Shown here one piece after another: positions 9,245-17,923 of a DNA stretch of 64,000 nucleotides. The notes below the pieces were generated by a model, which was not told the DNA's origin, ran no database searches, and saw only the letters and a list, made by a program, of their open reading frames with translations. Each line of letters begins with the position of its first letter. The stretch's first letter is position 1. A program made the translations under genes and the position numbers. The DNA comes from Acidobacteriota bacterium (lineage in GTDB: Bacteria > Acidobacteriota > Vicinamibacteria > Vicinamibacterales > UBA2999). The stretch covers positions 144,651 through 208,650 of the forward strand of contig CANKJK010000006.1 of NCBI GenBank assembly GCA_947482665.1, in the 5' to 3' direction.

Positions 9245-9928
9245 CTACTGCTCCCGGGGCGAGTACTTGTTCAGCAGGGCCAGCAGGGGCGCAGCCATCG
9301 GAGGCGCGACCGTTCCCTTGCCCACGATTTCCCTGGTCTCCATCCCCCGGCCATACATGGCCGCGTTCTCATCCACGTCCGGGCGGAGCGTGGCGCCCTG
9401 CAGGGCGACGCCTGCGAAGAGGCCCCGGGTCCTCGACCACGACAGGATGTCGGCGTGCATCTGCGCATCCGTCTGCGCCGCCGCGGTGCGTCCCACGGGA
9501 CCCGCTGCCACCGAGGCCTCACCGCCCAGGGTGAACTTGTTCTCCATCAGCTTGTCCGCGCCGCGCTGGTTCATGACCAGCATGACCAGGTCGGTCGAGG
9601 ACCCGCCGATCTGAAAGCCCACGCTCCCGCCCTCGATCCGTACGGTGGCTGGCGCCGACCAGCCGACATTGCCGGCCTGCCGGCAGATCACGTAGCCCTT
9701 CCCGAACTTCGCGCCGACCACGAACGCGGCCGTCTTGAGTTCGGGCACGATCACGACGCAGTGGGCCTTCTCCAGCAGGTCCACGGGAATACCCTTGTCC
9801 GGCGTCTCCATGACTTCGGACAGCACCGTCGCCGCATCCCTCAACCGGCGCGCCGGTTCGTCATCAGCCGCCAGCAGCGGCGCCATGGCCACACTGGTCA
9901 GCAGCACCGTGGCGATTATCTTGTTCAT
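9245..9928 (-). CDS. SYLF (Ysc84/DUF500) lipid-binding domain protein, secreted
   Basis: ATG 9928 with AAAGGA upstream. Signal peptide MNKIIATVLLTSVAMAPLLA. Motifs: CVVIVPELKTAAFVVGAKFGKGYV...GGSVGFQIGGSSTDLVMLVMN...FTLGGEASVAAGPVGR. Confidence 0.7.
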   Translation of the reverse strand: MNKIIATVLLTSVAMAPLLAADDEPARRLRDAATVLSEVMETPDKGIPVDLLEKAHCVVIVPELKTAAFVVGAKFGKGYVICRQAGNVGWSAPATVRIEGGSVGFQIGGSSTDLVMLVMNQRGADKLMENKFTLGGEASVAAGPVGRTAAAQTDAQMHADILSWSRTRGLFAGVALQGATLRPDVDENAAMYGRGMETREIVGKGTVAPPMAAPLLALLNKYSPREQ

Positions 9929-10091
9929 TGGATTCCTTTCGGCATTGCAGGTCTCACGCTCCGGGCAGCGCGGCGGCAGAAGAGCCTTCTCATCCTGACG
10001 GCGCACTATTCCGCACGCCTTCGACAGTAAAGGGTTGCGGCGGCGACGGCTGTCCCGGGTGGGACACCACGCGGGCGCCAGGCGTCAGGCG

Positions 10092-10372
10092 TCAGGCCGC
10101 GATGGTCCACTGCGGGAGATCGACGCGCTCGGGCATCCCCTCCCACGTGGCCACGGCTTCCGCCGCCACTTCTTCAGAGCCGCTGATGGCCTCGCGCACA
10201 TCTGCGCCATCAAGGCTCTCGGCAATCAAGAGCCTGCCGGCGAGGCCTACCAGCGCGTCGCGGTAGGTCAACAGCAGGCGAGCGGCCCTGTCGGACTGCT
10301 CGCCCACGATGCGCTGGATCTCGGCATCGATGGCGGCGGTGGTCGCCGCACTGCACTCGCCAGGCTCCTCCG
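10092..10372 (-). pseudogene. ftsH: displaced C-terminal segment of FtsH (frame offset by one base relative to the main ORF)
   Basis: Adding one G to the G9 run (minus strand, 10373..10381) gives ..[61 protein letters not shown].., which is the normal FtsH C-terminal helical region. Confidence 0.75.
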
Positions 10373-12064
10373 CCCCCCCCCGAGGTACCGGGCGCGACCA
10401 CCCGCATAGCGCACGGCACCCAGCCGCTCGCTCATGCCGAACTCCGTCACCATGCGGCGCGCGATCTGCGTGGCGCGCTGGATGTCATCCGCCGCGCCCG
10501 TGCTCACCGTGCCATGCATCAGACGCTCGGCCTCCCGGCCGCCCATCATGACCGCCACATGGCCTTCGAGCTCTTCTCGCGACAGGAGATACCGGTCTTC
10601 CGTCGGCATCTGCATCGTGTAGCCCAACGCCCCGCGGCTGCGCGGAATGAGGCTGATCTTGCTGACCGGGTCGCCACCGGGCAGCACCGACGCCACAATG
10701 GCGTGGCCGCATTCGTGGTACGCGATCGTCTCGCGCTCGCGGGGATTGAGCACGCGGCTGCGCTGCTCCAGTCCACCGACGACGCGTTCGATGGCGGCTT
10801 CGAAGTCCGCGAAGGTGATGCCGGTGCCGTTGCGCCGCGCTGAGAGGAGCGCCGCCTCATTCACGAGGTTCCCCAGGTCAGCGCCGCTGAATCCGGGGGT
10901 CACCCGCGCGGCCCGTGCGACGTCGAATCCTGGCGCGAGCACCACGCGCCGGCAGTGGATGCGCAGAATCTGGATGCGGCCACTGAGGTCCGGATTGCCG
11001 AGCACGACCTGGCGGTCGAATCGCCCCGCGCGCAGGAGCGCCTGGTCCAGGACCTCGGGCCGGTTCGTCGCCGCCATGATGATCACGGGCCGATCCACGC
11101 CCGTGTGAAACCCGTCGATTTCGGCCAGCAACTGGTTCAGGGTCTGCTCTCGCTCGTCATTACCCATGAAGCGCGCGACGCCGCCTCGACTCTGGCCAAT
11201 CGCGTCAATCTCGTCGATGAAGACAATCGCCGGGGCGGCTGAGCGCGCCTGCTCGAACAGGTCGCGCACGCGGGCCGCACCCACACCCACGAACATCTCC
11301 ACGAAGGCCGACCCGCTGGTCTCAAAGAAGCGGACGCCCGCTTCACCGGCCGTGGCCTTCGCAATGAGGGTCTTGCCCGTGCCGGGCGGGCCGACCAGCA
11401 GCACGCCCTTCGGAATCCGGCCGCCCAGCCGCGCGAAGCGCTCTGGTGTCTTCAGAAACTGGATGATCTCCTGCAGTTCACCGATCGCCTCGTCTGCGCC
11501 GCCCACATCCGCGAAGGTGACGCCGATCGTCTCCGCCTTCACTTCCGTCGCCTTGCTCTTCCCGATGCCGAACATGCCGCCGCCGCTGCCCATCCGCTCC
11601 GAGAGCCCGCGGCTCACCATGGGCCAGAGGGTCACGACGAGCAGCACGGGAAACAGCCAGTTGAGTGCCAGTGCCACGAGCGGACTGGGCGGCGGGTCGG
11701 CCTCGTATCGCACCCGTGCCGCCCCGAGTTCCCGCAACAGATCCGGATCGCCGCCCGGCGGCATGACCGCCGAGAACCGCGTGGCCGGCACCGCCGGCGG
11801 CTTCTGATTCGCGGCCGTCATCAGCCCGGTCACGGCTAACCCGACGGTGACGTCGGCCACCTGGCCCGACGCCACCTTCGTCTTGAACTCGCTGTAGGGA
11901 ATCTGCGTACTGCGTGACCATAGCGGCCCCGCCAGCAACTGAAACCCCCAGGCCACCGCCATGGCCACCGTCAGATACCAGAGTCCCGAGTGAACCTGAC
12001 GCGACACCGGGGGGTCCGATCCCGGACCGGCCCCCGGTGGCCCTGCGCTCAACGACGTCCGCAT
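10268..12064 (-). CDS. ftsH: ATP-dependent zinc metalloprotease FtsH (reading frame broken near the 3' end)
   Basis: Two TM segments, Walker A GPPGTGKT, Walker [10 protein letters not shown], second region of homology, and Zn site HECGHA. After ..RYLGGG the frame turns into an Arg/Pro-rich tail. The authentic continuation lies in another frame (next feature). Confidence 0.9.
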   Translation of the reverse strand: MRTSLSAGPPGAGPGSDPPVSRQVHSGLWYLTVAMAVAWGFQLLAGPLWSRSTQIPYSEFKTKVASGQVADVTVGLAVTGLMTAANQKPPAVPATRFSAVMPPGGDPDLLRELGAARVRYEADPPPSPLVALALNWLFPVLLVVTLWPMVSRGLSERMGSGGGMFGIGKSKATEVKAETIGVTFADVGGADEAIGELQEIIQFLKTPERFARLGGRIPKGVLLVGPPGTGKTLIAKATAGEAGVRFFETSGSAFVEMFVGVGAARVRDLFEQARSAAPAIVFIDEIDAIGQSRGGVARFMGNDEREQTLNQLLAEIDGFHTGVDRPVIIMAATNRPEVLDQALLRAGRFDRQVVLGNPDLSGRIQILRIHCRRVVLAPGFDVARAARVTPGFSGADLGNLVNEAALLSARRNGTGITFADFEAAIERVVGGLEQRSRVLNPRERETIAYHECGHAIVASVLPGGDPVSKISLIPRSRGALGYTMQMPTEDRYLLSREELEGHVAVMMGGREAERLMHGTVSTGAADDIQRATQIARRMVTEFGMSERLGAVRYAGGRARYLGGGRRSLASAVRRPPPPSMPRSSASWASSPTGPLACC

Positions 12065-12070
12065 CGTGTC

Positions 12071-12757
12071 TTACGCCAGCACGCGGACCACGACGCGACG
12101 ATTCTGCGCACGGCCCGCGGCCGTGGTGTTGGGCGCCACCGGCTTGGTCGACCCGTAGCTGATGACGCTCATCTTGTGCAGCGGCACCTGATGGTGTTCG
12201 TAGAGATAGCGCTTCGCTGCCTCGGCCCGGCCGAGACCCAACCGCTCGTTGTAGTCCGCCGCACCCTGGCTATCCGTGTGTCCCTCAATCTCGATGAACA
12301 CGGACCGCGCGTCGGTCTTCAGCCCGCCCACCATCTGGTCCAGGCGCAGCTTCACGTCGTCCGGCAGATCCGTGGTGTTGGACTTGAAGCGGTCCTGGCC
12401 CTCGCTGAGCGTCACCTCATAGATCAGCTTGCGTGACGCCTGTGCCGCCTGCTCCACGCCCGCCACTCGGCCCGTCAGGCGTGTATCCACTTCCTTCGAG
12501 GCCGAGGCCGCGCCGTCCGCTGCTGTGCGCGCATCGGTCGCCGAACGCCCCGCCGCATCCGCCTTGGCATCCACCGCGGCGATGCCCTTCTCGTTCTGCT
12601 GGGTCCGCGCCTGCGTGCCCTCGAGGGCCGTGGTCAGGCTCCCGACCTTCTTGTTCACATCGTCGACTTCCGCGTGCACGAACTTCTTCGTGGCACAGCC
12701 GGACACGGCCATCGCCGTCACGACGATTACTACTGCTCCGGTTGCGATATGTCGCAT
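12071..12757 (-). CDS. OmpA/MotB-family lipoprotein
   Basis: Lipobox AVSGC. C-terminal OmpA domain IEGHTDSQGAADYNERLGLGRAEAAKRYL...NRRVVVRV. GGAGA ribosome-binding site upstream. Confidence 0.85.
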   Translation of the reverse strand: MRHIATGAVVIVVTAMAVSGCATKKFVHAEVDDVNKKVGSLTTALEGTQARTQQNEKGIAAVDAKADAAGRSATDARTAADGAASASKEVDTRLTGRVAGVEQAAQASRKLIYEVTLSEGQDRFKSNTTDLPDDVKLRLDQMVGGLKTDARSVFIEIEGHTDSQGAADYNERLGLGRAEAAKRYLYEHHQVPLHKMSVISYGSTKPVAPNTTAAGRAQNRRVVVRVLA

Positions 12758-13063
12758 GTTGTGTCTCCATCTGGATCATCCGCACGCTGCGCGATCACCC
12801 GTTCCGGAGCATGGCATGGCGCTGTCACGCTGCCTGTGCACAACTGCACGACTCGCTCGCCAGGCTGCGCCGACTGACGTGTGACTGTGCATTCGCGCGG
12901 GCGCTTCAGGGGCGCGCGTCACCAGGCGGGCAGGCACCTGCCAGTGGAGAAGGGGGCGGAGTACGGTGCGCATCGCCATGCCGTGATCCCCGCGGGCACC
13001 CGGCTCTTCGACACTCCCCGGACCGCGTGTGACGCTGTGCTGAATCGCACAACCTGAGGCGGG

Positions 13064-14272
13064 CTAGCCGCGCCGATGGTGGGCGCTCATGCCGAGCTGC
13101 TGCAGGTGATCGATGATCGCCTGCGCGTGCTCCGCGCCGCGCGTCTCGAGCACCACCTCCACCGGCACGACCTGGACCGGCAGGCTGCTGAAGGTCCGCT
13201 GGTGGACGATCTCCTGGATATTGGCGCCCAGCTCGCTCAGCGCGGCGGTCAACTGCGCCAGCGCCCCGGGGCGATCGGCGAGCTCGACCGTCAGCCGCGT
13301 GAGGCGCCCCGCGCGCACCAGGCCGCGCTCCACAATCCCTGCCAGGACCAGCGGGTCGATGTTGCCGCCGCTCAGCACCACGCCGACGCGACGACCGCGG
13401 AAGCGATCCGGGTGCGCGAGGATGGCCGCAAGGCCCGCCGCGCCCGCACCCTCGACGACGGTCTTCTCGACATTGAGCAGCAGCAGGATCGCGTGCTCGA
13501 TCTCACGCTCGTCCACGAGCAGGATGTCGCGTACGTGCTCCCGGATGATCGGCACGGTCAGCGTGCCCGGCCGCTTGACCGCGATGCCTTCGGCAATGGT
13601 GCTGCCGCCCCAGGTGGCGGGCAGGCCGCGCACGGCGGCATATATCGAGGGGAAGCGCGTCGTCTGCACGCCAATCACCTGCACCTTCGGCGCCACCGCC
13701 GCCGCGGCCACAGCGATGCCGGCGATGAGGCCGCCGCCGCCCACCGGCACCACGAGCGTATCGAGGGTCGGGTCCGCCACGAGCATCTCCAGGGCGACCG
13801 TCCCCTGCCCCGCCATCACGGCCGCGTCGTCATAGGGGTCGATCCAGACCAGGCCACGGGCCTCCGCGATGCCCTGCGCGTGCTGCCGGGCGTCATCGAA
13901 GACCTCGCCGTGCAGCACGACCTCGGCGCCGTGCTCCTGCGTGTGCTCCACCTTGACGGTGGGCGTGAAGCGCGGCATCACGATGACCGCCGGCACGCCG
14001 AGGCGCTGCGCGTGATACGCCACGGCCTGCGCGTGATTGCCGGCCGAGGCCGCGATCACGCCGGCTCGCCGCTCGGCCTCCGTCAGCGCGAGCAGGCGGT
14101 TCAGCGCACCGCGCTCCTTGAAGGAACCGGTGAACTGGAGGTTCTCGAACTTGAAGGAGACGGTCGCGCCGGTCAGGTTCGAGAGCGTGCGCGAGGCCAG
14201 CAGCGGCGTCCCCAGGACACTTCCCGAGATGGCCGACCCGGCGCGGCGCACGTCGTCGATGGTGATGGGCAT
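13064..14272 (-). CDS. ilvA: threonine ammonia-lyase (threonine dehydratase) with C-terminal ACT-like domain
   Basis: PLP-lysine motif FKFENLQFTGSFKERGA, glycine loop VPVGGGGLIAG, and a C-terminal regulatory domain of about 80 aa. Confidence 0.85.
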   Translation of the reverse strand: MPITIDDVRRAGSAISGSVLGTPLLASRTLSNLTGATVSFKFENLQFTGSFKERGALNRLLALTEAERRAGVIAASAGNHAQAVAYHAQRLGVPAVIVMPRFTPTVKVEHTQEHGAEVVLHGEVFDDARQHAQGIAEARGLVWIDPYDDAAVMAGQGTVALEMLVADPTLDTLVVPVGGGGLIAGIAVAAAAVAPKVQVIGVQTTRFPSIYAAVRGLPATWGGSTIAEGIAVKRPGTLTVPIIREHVRDILLVDEREIEHAILLLLNVEKTVVEGAGAAGLAAILAHPDRFRGRRVGVVLSGGNIDPLVLAGIVERGLVRAGRLTRLTVELADRPGALAQLTAALSELGANIQEIVHQRTFSSLPVQVVPVEVVLETRGAEHAQAIIDHLQQLGMSAHHRRG

Positions 14273-14386
14273 CGTTCGACCGGAGTATAGCCGTGGGAGA
14301 GGCTGCCCCTCCTCATTCAGGAATGGCTGTGGTAGCGTCCACGCCTGAGCCGATCATCCTCCAGGCTCCCCAAGGAGACAGACCGC

Positions 14387-15049
14387 ATGAAAACGCACGC
14401 GATCCTCGCAGCCGTGATCCTCACGACCGCGGCATCCACGGCGCTGGCGCAGACCCCCGCGCAGCCCATGAGCTTTTTCGTCACCAGCACCGGTGCCGGC
14501 AACGGCGCCAATCTCGGCGGGCTTGAGGGCGCCGACAAACACTGCCAGACACTGGCCACTGCCGCTGGCAGCACGAAGACGTGGCACGCCTACCTGAGCA
14601 CCCAGGCCGAGGGCGGCAAGGCCGCCGTGAATGCCCGCGACCGCATCGGCGCCGGTCCGTGGGTCAACACCAAGGGCATGAAGGTCGCAGACAACGTGGC
14701 GCATCTGCACGGCGACACGCTGGACCAGGCGCGGCTCGGCAATAACCTCAGCCGCACGACCGTCATGACGGAAAAGGGTGAGACGGTGAAGGGCGCCGGC
14801 GACACGCCGAACCAGCACGACATCCTCACGGGCTCGAAGCCGGACGGCACGGCCTTCCCAGCCGGCGAGGACCGCACGTGCAAGAACTGGACGAGCGGCG
14901 CCGACGGTACCGCGATGCTCGGCCACTTTGACCGCACCGGCGGCGGCAACACCTCGTGGAACTCCGCCCACCCGAGCAAGGGCTGCAGCCAGCCGAACCT
15001 CGTCGCCACGGGTGGCGCGGGCCTGCTGTACTGCTTCGCGACCAATTAG
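14387..15049 (+). CDS. secreted endostatin-like (collagen XV/XVIII NC1-type, C-type-lectin-like fold) protein
   Basis: AAGGAGA ribosome-binding site and signal peptide ..AASTALAQ. Blocks GGLEGADKHC..., W.AYLST, C.NW and LLYCFATN align from memory with human endostatin GIRGADFQC..., FRAFLSS, CETW and IVLCIEN. All four Cys positions are included. Confidence 0.55.
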   Translation: MKTHAILAAVILTTAASTALAQTPAQPMSFFVTSTGAGNGANLGGLEGADKHCQTLATAAGSTKTWHAYLSTQAEGGKAAVNARDRIGAGPWVNTKGMKVADNVAHLHGDTLDQARLGNNLSRTTVMTEKGETVKGAGDTPNQHDILTGSKPDGTAFPAGEDRTCKNWTSGADGTAMLGHFDRTGGGNTSWNSAHPSKGCSQPNLVATGGAGLLYCFATN

Positions 15050-15051
15050 GC

Positions 15052-15876
15052 CTACGAGGCCTGCTCGACGCCGGGATCAGGCCGACCGGCCTGGTCCTGG
15101 CGCGCACACTGCGCGAGCAGCTCGCGCACGAGCCGGCGGCTCGCCTGATACCGCGGGTGCGCCAGCACCCCGGCCCGAGTCCGCGGTCGCGTGAACGGCA
15201 CGTCGAACACGGCGTGCACGCGCGAGGCCGGGCCATCGGTCAGCAGCACGATCCGATCGGCCAGATAGAGCGCCTCATCCACATCCCCTGTCGCCATCAC
15301 GAGGCTGCGACCAGGCTCCTCATCCCACACCTGCGCCAGCAGGTCCTGCAATTCACAACGGCCCGAGGGCGGCAGGGGCGAGAACGGGTCGTCCAGCAGG
15401 AGCACGTGCGGCGTGAGCGCAAGAGCCCGCGCCAGGGCCACCGCCTGCAACGTGGCCGCATCCAGTTCCGCCGGCCGCTCATCGGCCACGTTCCCGATAC
15501 CCATCAGGTCGAGGTATCGCTCCACCCGCTCCACACGTTCCGCCCGGCTCTCCGTGCTGCCGCCCTCATCAACCGCGAGCCGCACATTCTGCCGTGCCGT
15601 CAGCGATGGCAGCAGACTCGGTGAGGACGGCACGAGCACGCGCGTTGGACCCGCCCCTCCCGAGCCCACCCCTCCCACCAGCACCTCGCCCTCTGTTGGC
15701 GCCTCCGTCCCGGCCAGTAGTGCGAGCAGGGTGGATTTGCCGCACGCGGCATGCCCCAGCAGGCTGACGCACTCACCCATTCTGACGGCCAGACTGACCG
15801 CTGCGACGGCCGTGACGACTGCGTCCTGGGTGGAGAAGACCTTCGTGACGTGGGAGAGTTCAAGCAACGCGGACAT
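15052..15876 (-). CDS. orphan ABC-type nucleotide-binding domain (NitT/TauT nitrate/sulfonate/bicarbonate subfamily) with degenerate catalytic motifs
   Basis: ATG 15876 with GGAAGGGG upstream. Walker A GHAACGKST is retained. Other motifs are degenerate: Q-loop Q->S (VPSSPSLLP), signature LSGGQ->LDAAT, Walker B LLLDDP (catalytic E->D), D-loop PLP, switch H->G (MATGDVDEA). No permease or binding-protein gene is nearby. Confidence 0.7.
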   Translation of the reverse strand: MSALLELSHVTKVFSTQDAVVTAVAAVSLAVRMGECVSLLGHAACGKSTLLALLAGTEAPTEGEVLVGGVGSGGAGPTRVLVPSSPSLLPSLTARQNVRLAVDEGGSTESRAERVERVERYLDLMGIGNVADERPAELDAATLQAVALARALALTPHVLLLDDPFSPLPPSGRCELQDLLAQVWDEEPGRSLVMATGDVDEALYLADRIVLLTDGPASRVHAVFDVPFTRPRTRAGVLAHPRYQASRRLVRELLAQCARQDQAGRPDPGVEQAS

Positions 15877-16464
15877 GGGTTCCCCTTCCACCAACGCGCG
15901 TCTGATTGCGCGAGCGTGGGTCAACGTGCGCAGGGCCGTGGCGCGACGGTGCCAGACAGGGGCGGGGGTCAGACTCTGGGGCTGACCACACGTCTACGGC
16001 AGCAAGCACCATTCCGGAGCGCCGCCCCCCCCGCACGCGCAGCCCAAGCCAGACGTTCCTTCGAAATCCGGCCCAACCTCAGCGGAAATGGCCTTGAAGG
16101 CTGCGGGCGACCTATGTGGCCATCTTTGTTCCGCTATTTATTTTGCGAGACATATCCGTCTCTCCTGAGATTCCCTCGCCAGCCGCGTCTCCCCGGCCGG
16201 GTGCCGACTGGCCCCAGTTGGAGGGGCGCGAATGCCACGCCGACGACCCTGCGTGGCCACTCCGCACACGTTAAGTACATCTTCGTCCGATTCGATTTCC
16301 GAACAGACCTTTTCGTCAGGCTTAGAAACTTGCCATCACGGGAGCCGGTCGCTACCGTGAATAGGCCGATGCCCCTGCTCCGCGACGAACCGGGATCCTG
16401 CGACGGGCATCACGCGGATACCGCCAGGAGCGAGCCACACGCCGCGCGGCCGGCGGAGGACTAA

Positions 16465-17211
16465 GTGATGTTGCAGGACCACACGCCCAGGACGACCGTT
16501 CTCACCGCTACTTCCGACGCCACCGCGGCGTCCAAGCTGCAGCTCGTCCACGAAATCGGCAGCCGCCTGGCCGCCGACCTCCCACTGCACTCGGTGCTCC
16601 AGCGGATCGTGGAGGTGGTCTCCACCATCGTCCCGGGCGACTCGTGCTTCATCTACGTGCTGGAGGACGACGCGCTGGTGCTGCGGGCGTCGATGACGCC
16701 CCACCCAGACGAGTTGAACCGGCTCTCACTCAAGATGGGCCAGGGCATCACCGGCTGGGTGGCCGCTCACCGTGAGCCGGTGGCTGTGTCCACGCACGCC
16801 TTTGAGGATCCGCGCTTCGAGATCTTCACGAACCTCCCGGAAGACCGCTACGAAGCCATCCTCTCTGTGCCGCTCTTGAGCCGCGGCCAGGTCGTGGGCG
16901 TGATCAACGTGCAGCACCGGCAACCGCATGCCTACACGGCGACCGAGGTCCGTGCCGTCGCCACGCTCGGGTTTCTCGTCGGGGCGGAGGTCGAGATGGC
17001 GCGGCTGGAGGCCGCCAACTCTCAACTCTCGGAGCAACTGGAGACACGGAAGATCCTCGACCGCGCCAAGGGCATCCTGCAACGCGACATGGGCCTGACA
17101 GAGGAGGAGGCGTATCTGACGATTCAGCGCCAGAGCCGCCAGCGGCGCCGCTCCAAGAGGGAAATCGGCGAGGCCATCATCCTCGCGGAGGATCTGCGCC
17201 GGTCACGGTAG
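16465..17211 (+). CDS. GAF + ANTAR RNA-binding antiterminator-type regulator
   Basis: GAF region (..CFIYVLEDDALVLRAS...GQGITGWVAAHREPV..PLLSRGQVVGVINVQH) followed by ANTAR (LETRKILDRAKGILQRDMGLTEEEAYLTIQRQSRQRRRSKREIGEAII). Confidence 0.85.
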   Translation: MMLQDHTPRTTVLTATSDATAASKLQLVHEIGSRLAADLPLHSVLQRIVEVVSTIVPGDSCFIYVLEDDALVLRASMTPHPDELNRLSLKMGQGITGWVAAHREPVAVSTHAFEDPRFEIFTNLPEDRYEAILSVPLLSRGQVVGVINVQHRQPHAYTATEVRAVATLGFLVGAEVEMARLEAANSQLSEQLETRKILDRAKGILQRDMGLTEEEAYLTIQRQSRQRRRSKREIGEAIILAEDLRRSR

Positions 17212-17254
17212 GCGCGACAGGCACCGCGCGACACCAGACCCAGCGCCACGGCGC

Positions 17255-17284
17255 TTGCGATCTGGCGAGCCCGCTGGGTAGAAT
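17255..17284 (+). promoter_or_regulatory. candidate sigma70-type promoter for tRNA-Lys
   Basis: TTGCGA (17255..17260), an 18-nt spacer, then TAGAAT (17279..17284), about 58 nt upstream of the tRNA. Confidence 0.35.
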
Positions 17285-17341
17285 AGGGGTTCGTCGGTTC
17301 CGCACCAATCGCCACAGGAACCGGCAAGCCCTTCCCCCAAC

Positions 17342-17417
17342 GGGCCGGTAGCTCAATTGGCAGAGCAGCAGACTCTTAATCTGCGGGTTGACGGTTCGAT
17401 TCCGTCCCGGCTCACCA
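17342..17417 (+). tRNA. tRNA-Lys (anticodon CUU), CCA encoded
   Basis: Manual cloverleaf: acceptor GGGCCGG/CCGGCTC, D arm GCTC..GAGC, anticodon stem GCAGA/TCTGC with loop CTCTTAA, T arm GACGG-TTCGATT-CCGTC, discriminator A, then CCA. Confidence 0.95.
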
Positions 17418-17771
17418 CTTTGCGTACGTAAAGTGCTTCACCACCCAGTCTTCAGTCTGACTGGCTTCAGACGCTGATCGCGCCCTGATCAGGGCAACTC
17501 CTTACGGGCCCGCCACGGCTGCGTCGATACGCTCGCTCGCACCGGTGGGCCGTGCGCGCCTGAACGAACGGAAGAAGAAGAAGACGCTCTCTCGACGTCT
17601 CGCCCCTCGCCGTCACCCCGCGCCATCCGGCGCCGCAGGCGTTCTGCCTGTCTCCACGGGTTCTCACGTCCTTCTCATCTCAGAGGTCCACGATTCACCA
17701 GAGACCCTGACGATGACTACACCCGATCTCGCGGCGTCCGGATGAGGTGTCACCGGCGCAATCGGTAGCAG

Positions 17772-17846
17772 TGTCCACAATTTTCAACCTCAGCCTTCTG
17801 CGGGTGACACATGGTGAATCGGCGATTTGTCGGGTTTCTGTGGACA
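17772..17846 (+). promoter_or_regulatory. inverted-repeat pair in the lower-GC leader of the cytochrome operon
   Basis: TGTCCACA (17772..17779) and its exact complement TGTGGACA (17839..17846). A second pair is GATTCACC (17692..17699) / GGTGAATC (17813..17820). Confidence 0.25.
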
Positions 17847-17923
17847 AAGGTTCACCTTTCATCGCGCAGTCGCTCATGGCCCCGGCCTTGCAGCCGAGGC
17901 GTGCACCTCTCGAGGGCGTCGTC

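Noticed and set aside
10210-10551. Small ORFs 10210..10419(-) and 10309..10551(+) within the ftsH 3' region.
   Set aside because: They are frame artefacts around the G9 frameshift site. The FtsH-like sequence accounts for the region once the one-base correction is made.
17839-17856. TGTGGACAAAGGTTCACC as a CRP/FNR-type site (TGTGA-N6-TCACA or TTGAT-N4-ATCAA).
   Set aside because: The right half does not match at either 6-nt or 4-nt spacing. I report only the exact inverted repeats, without assigning a regulator.
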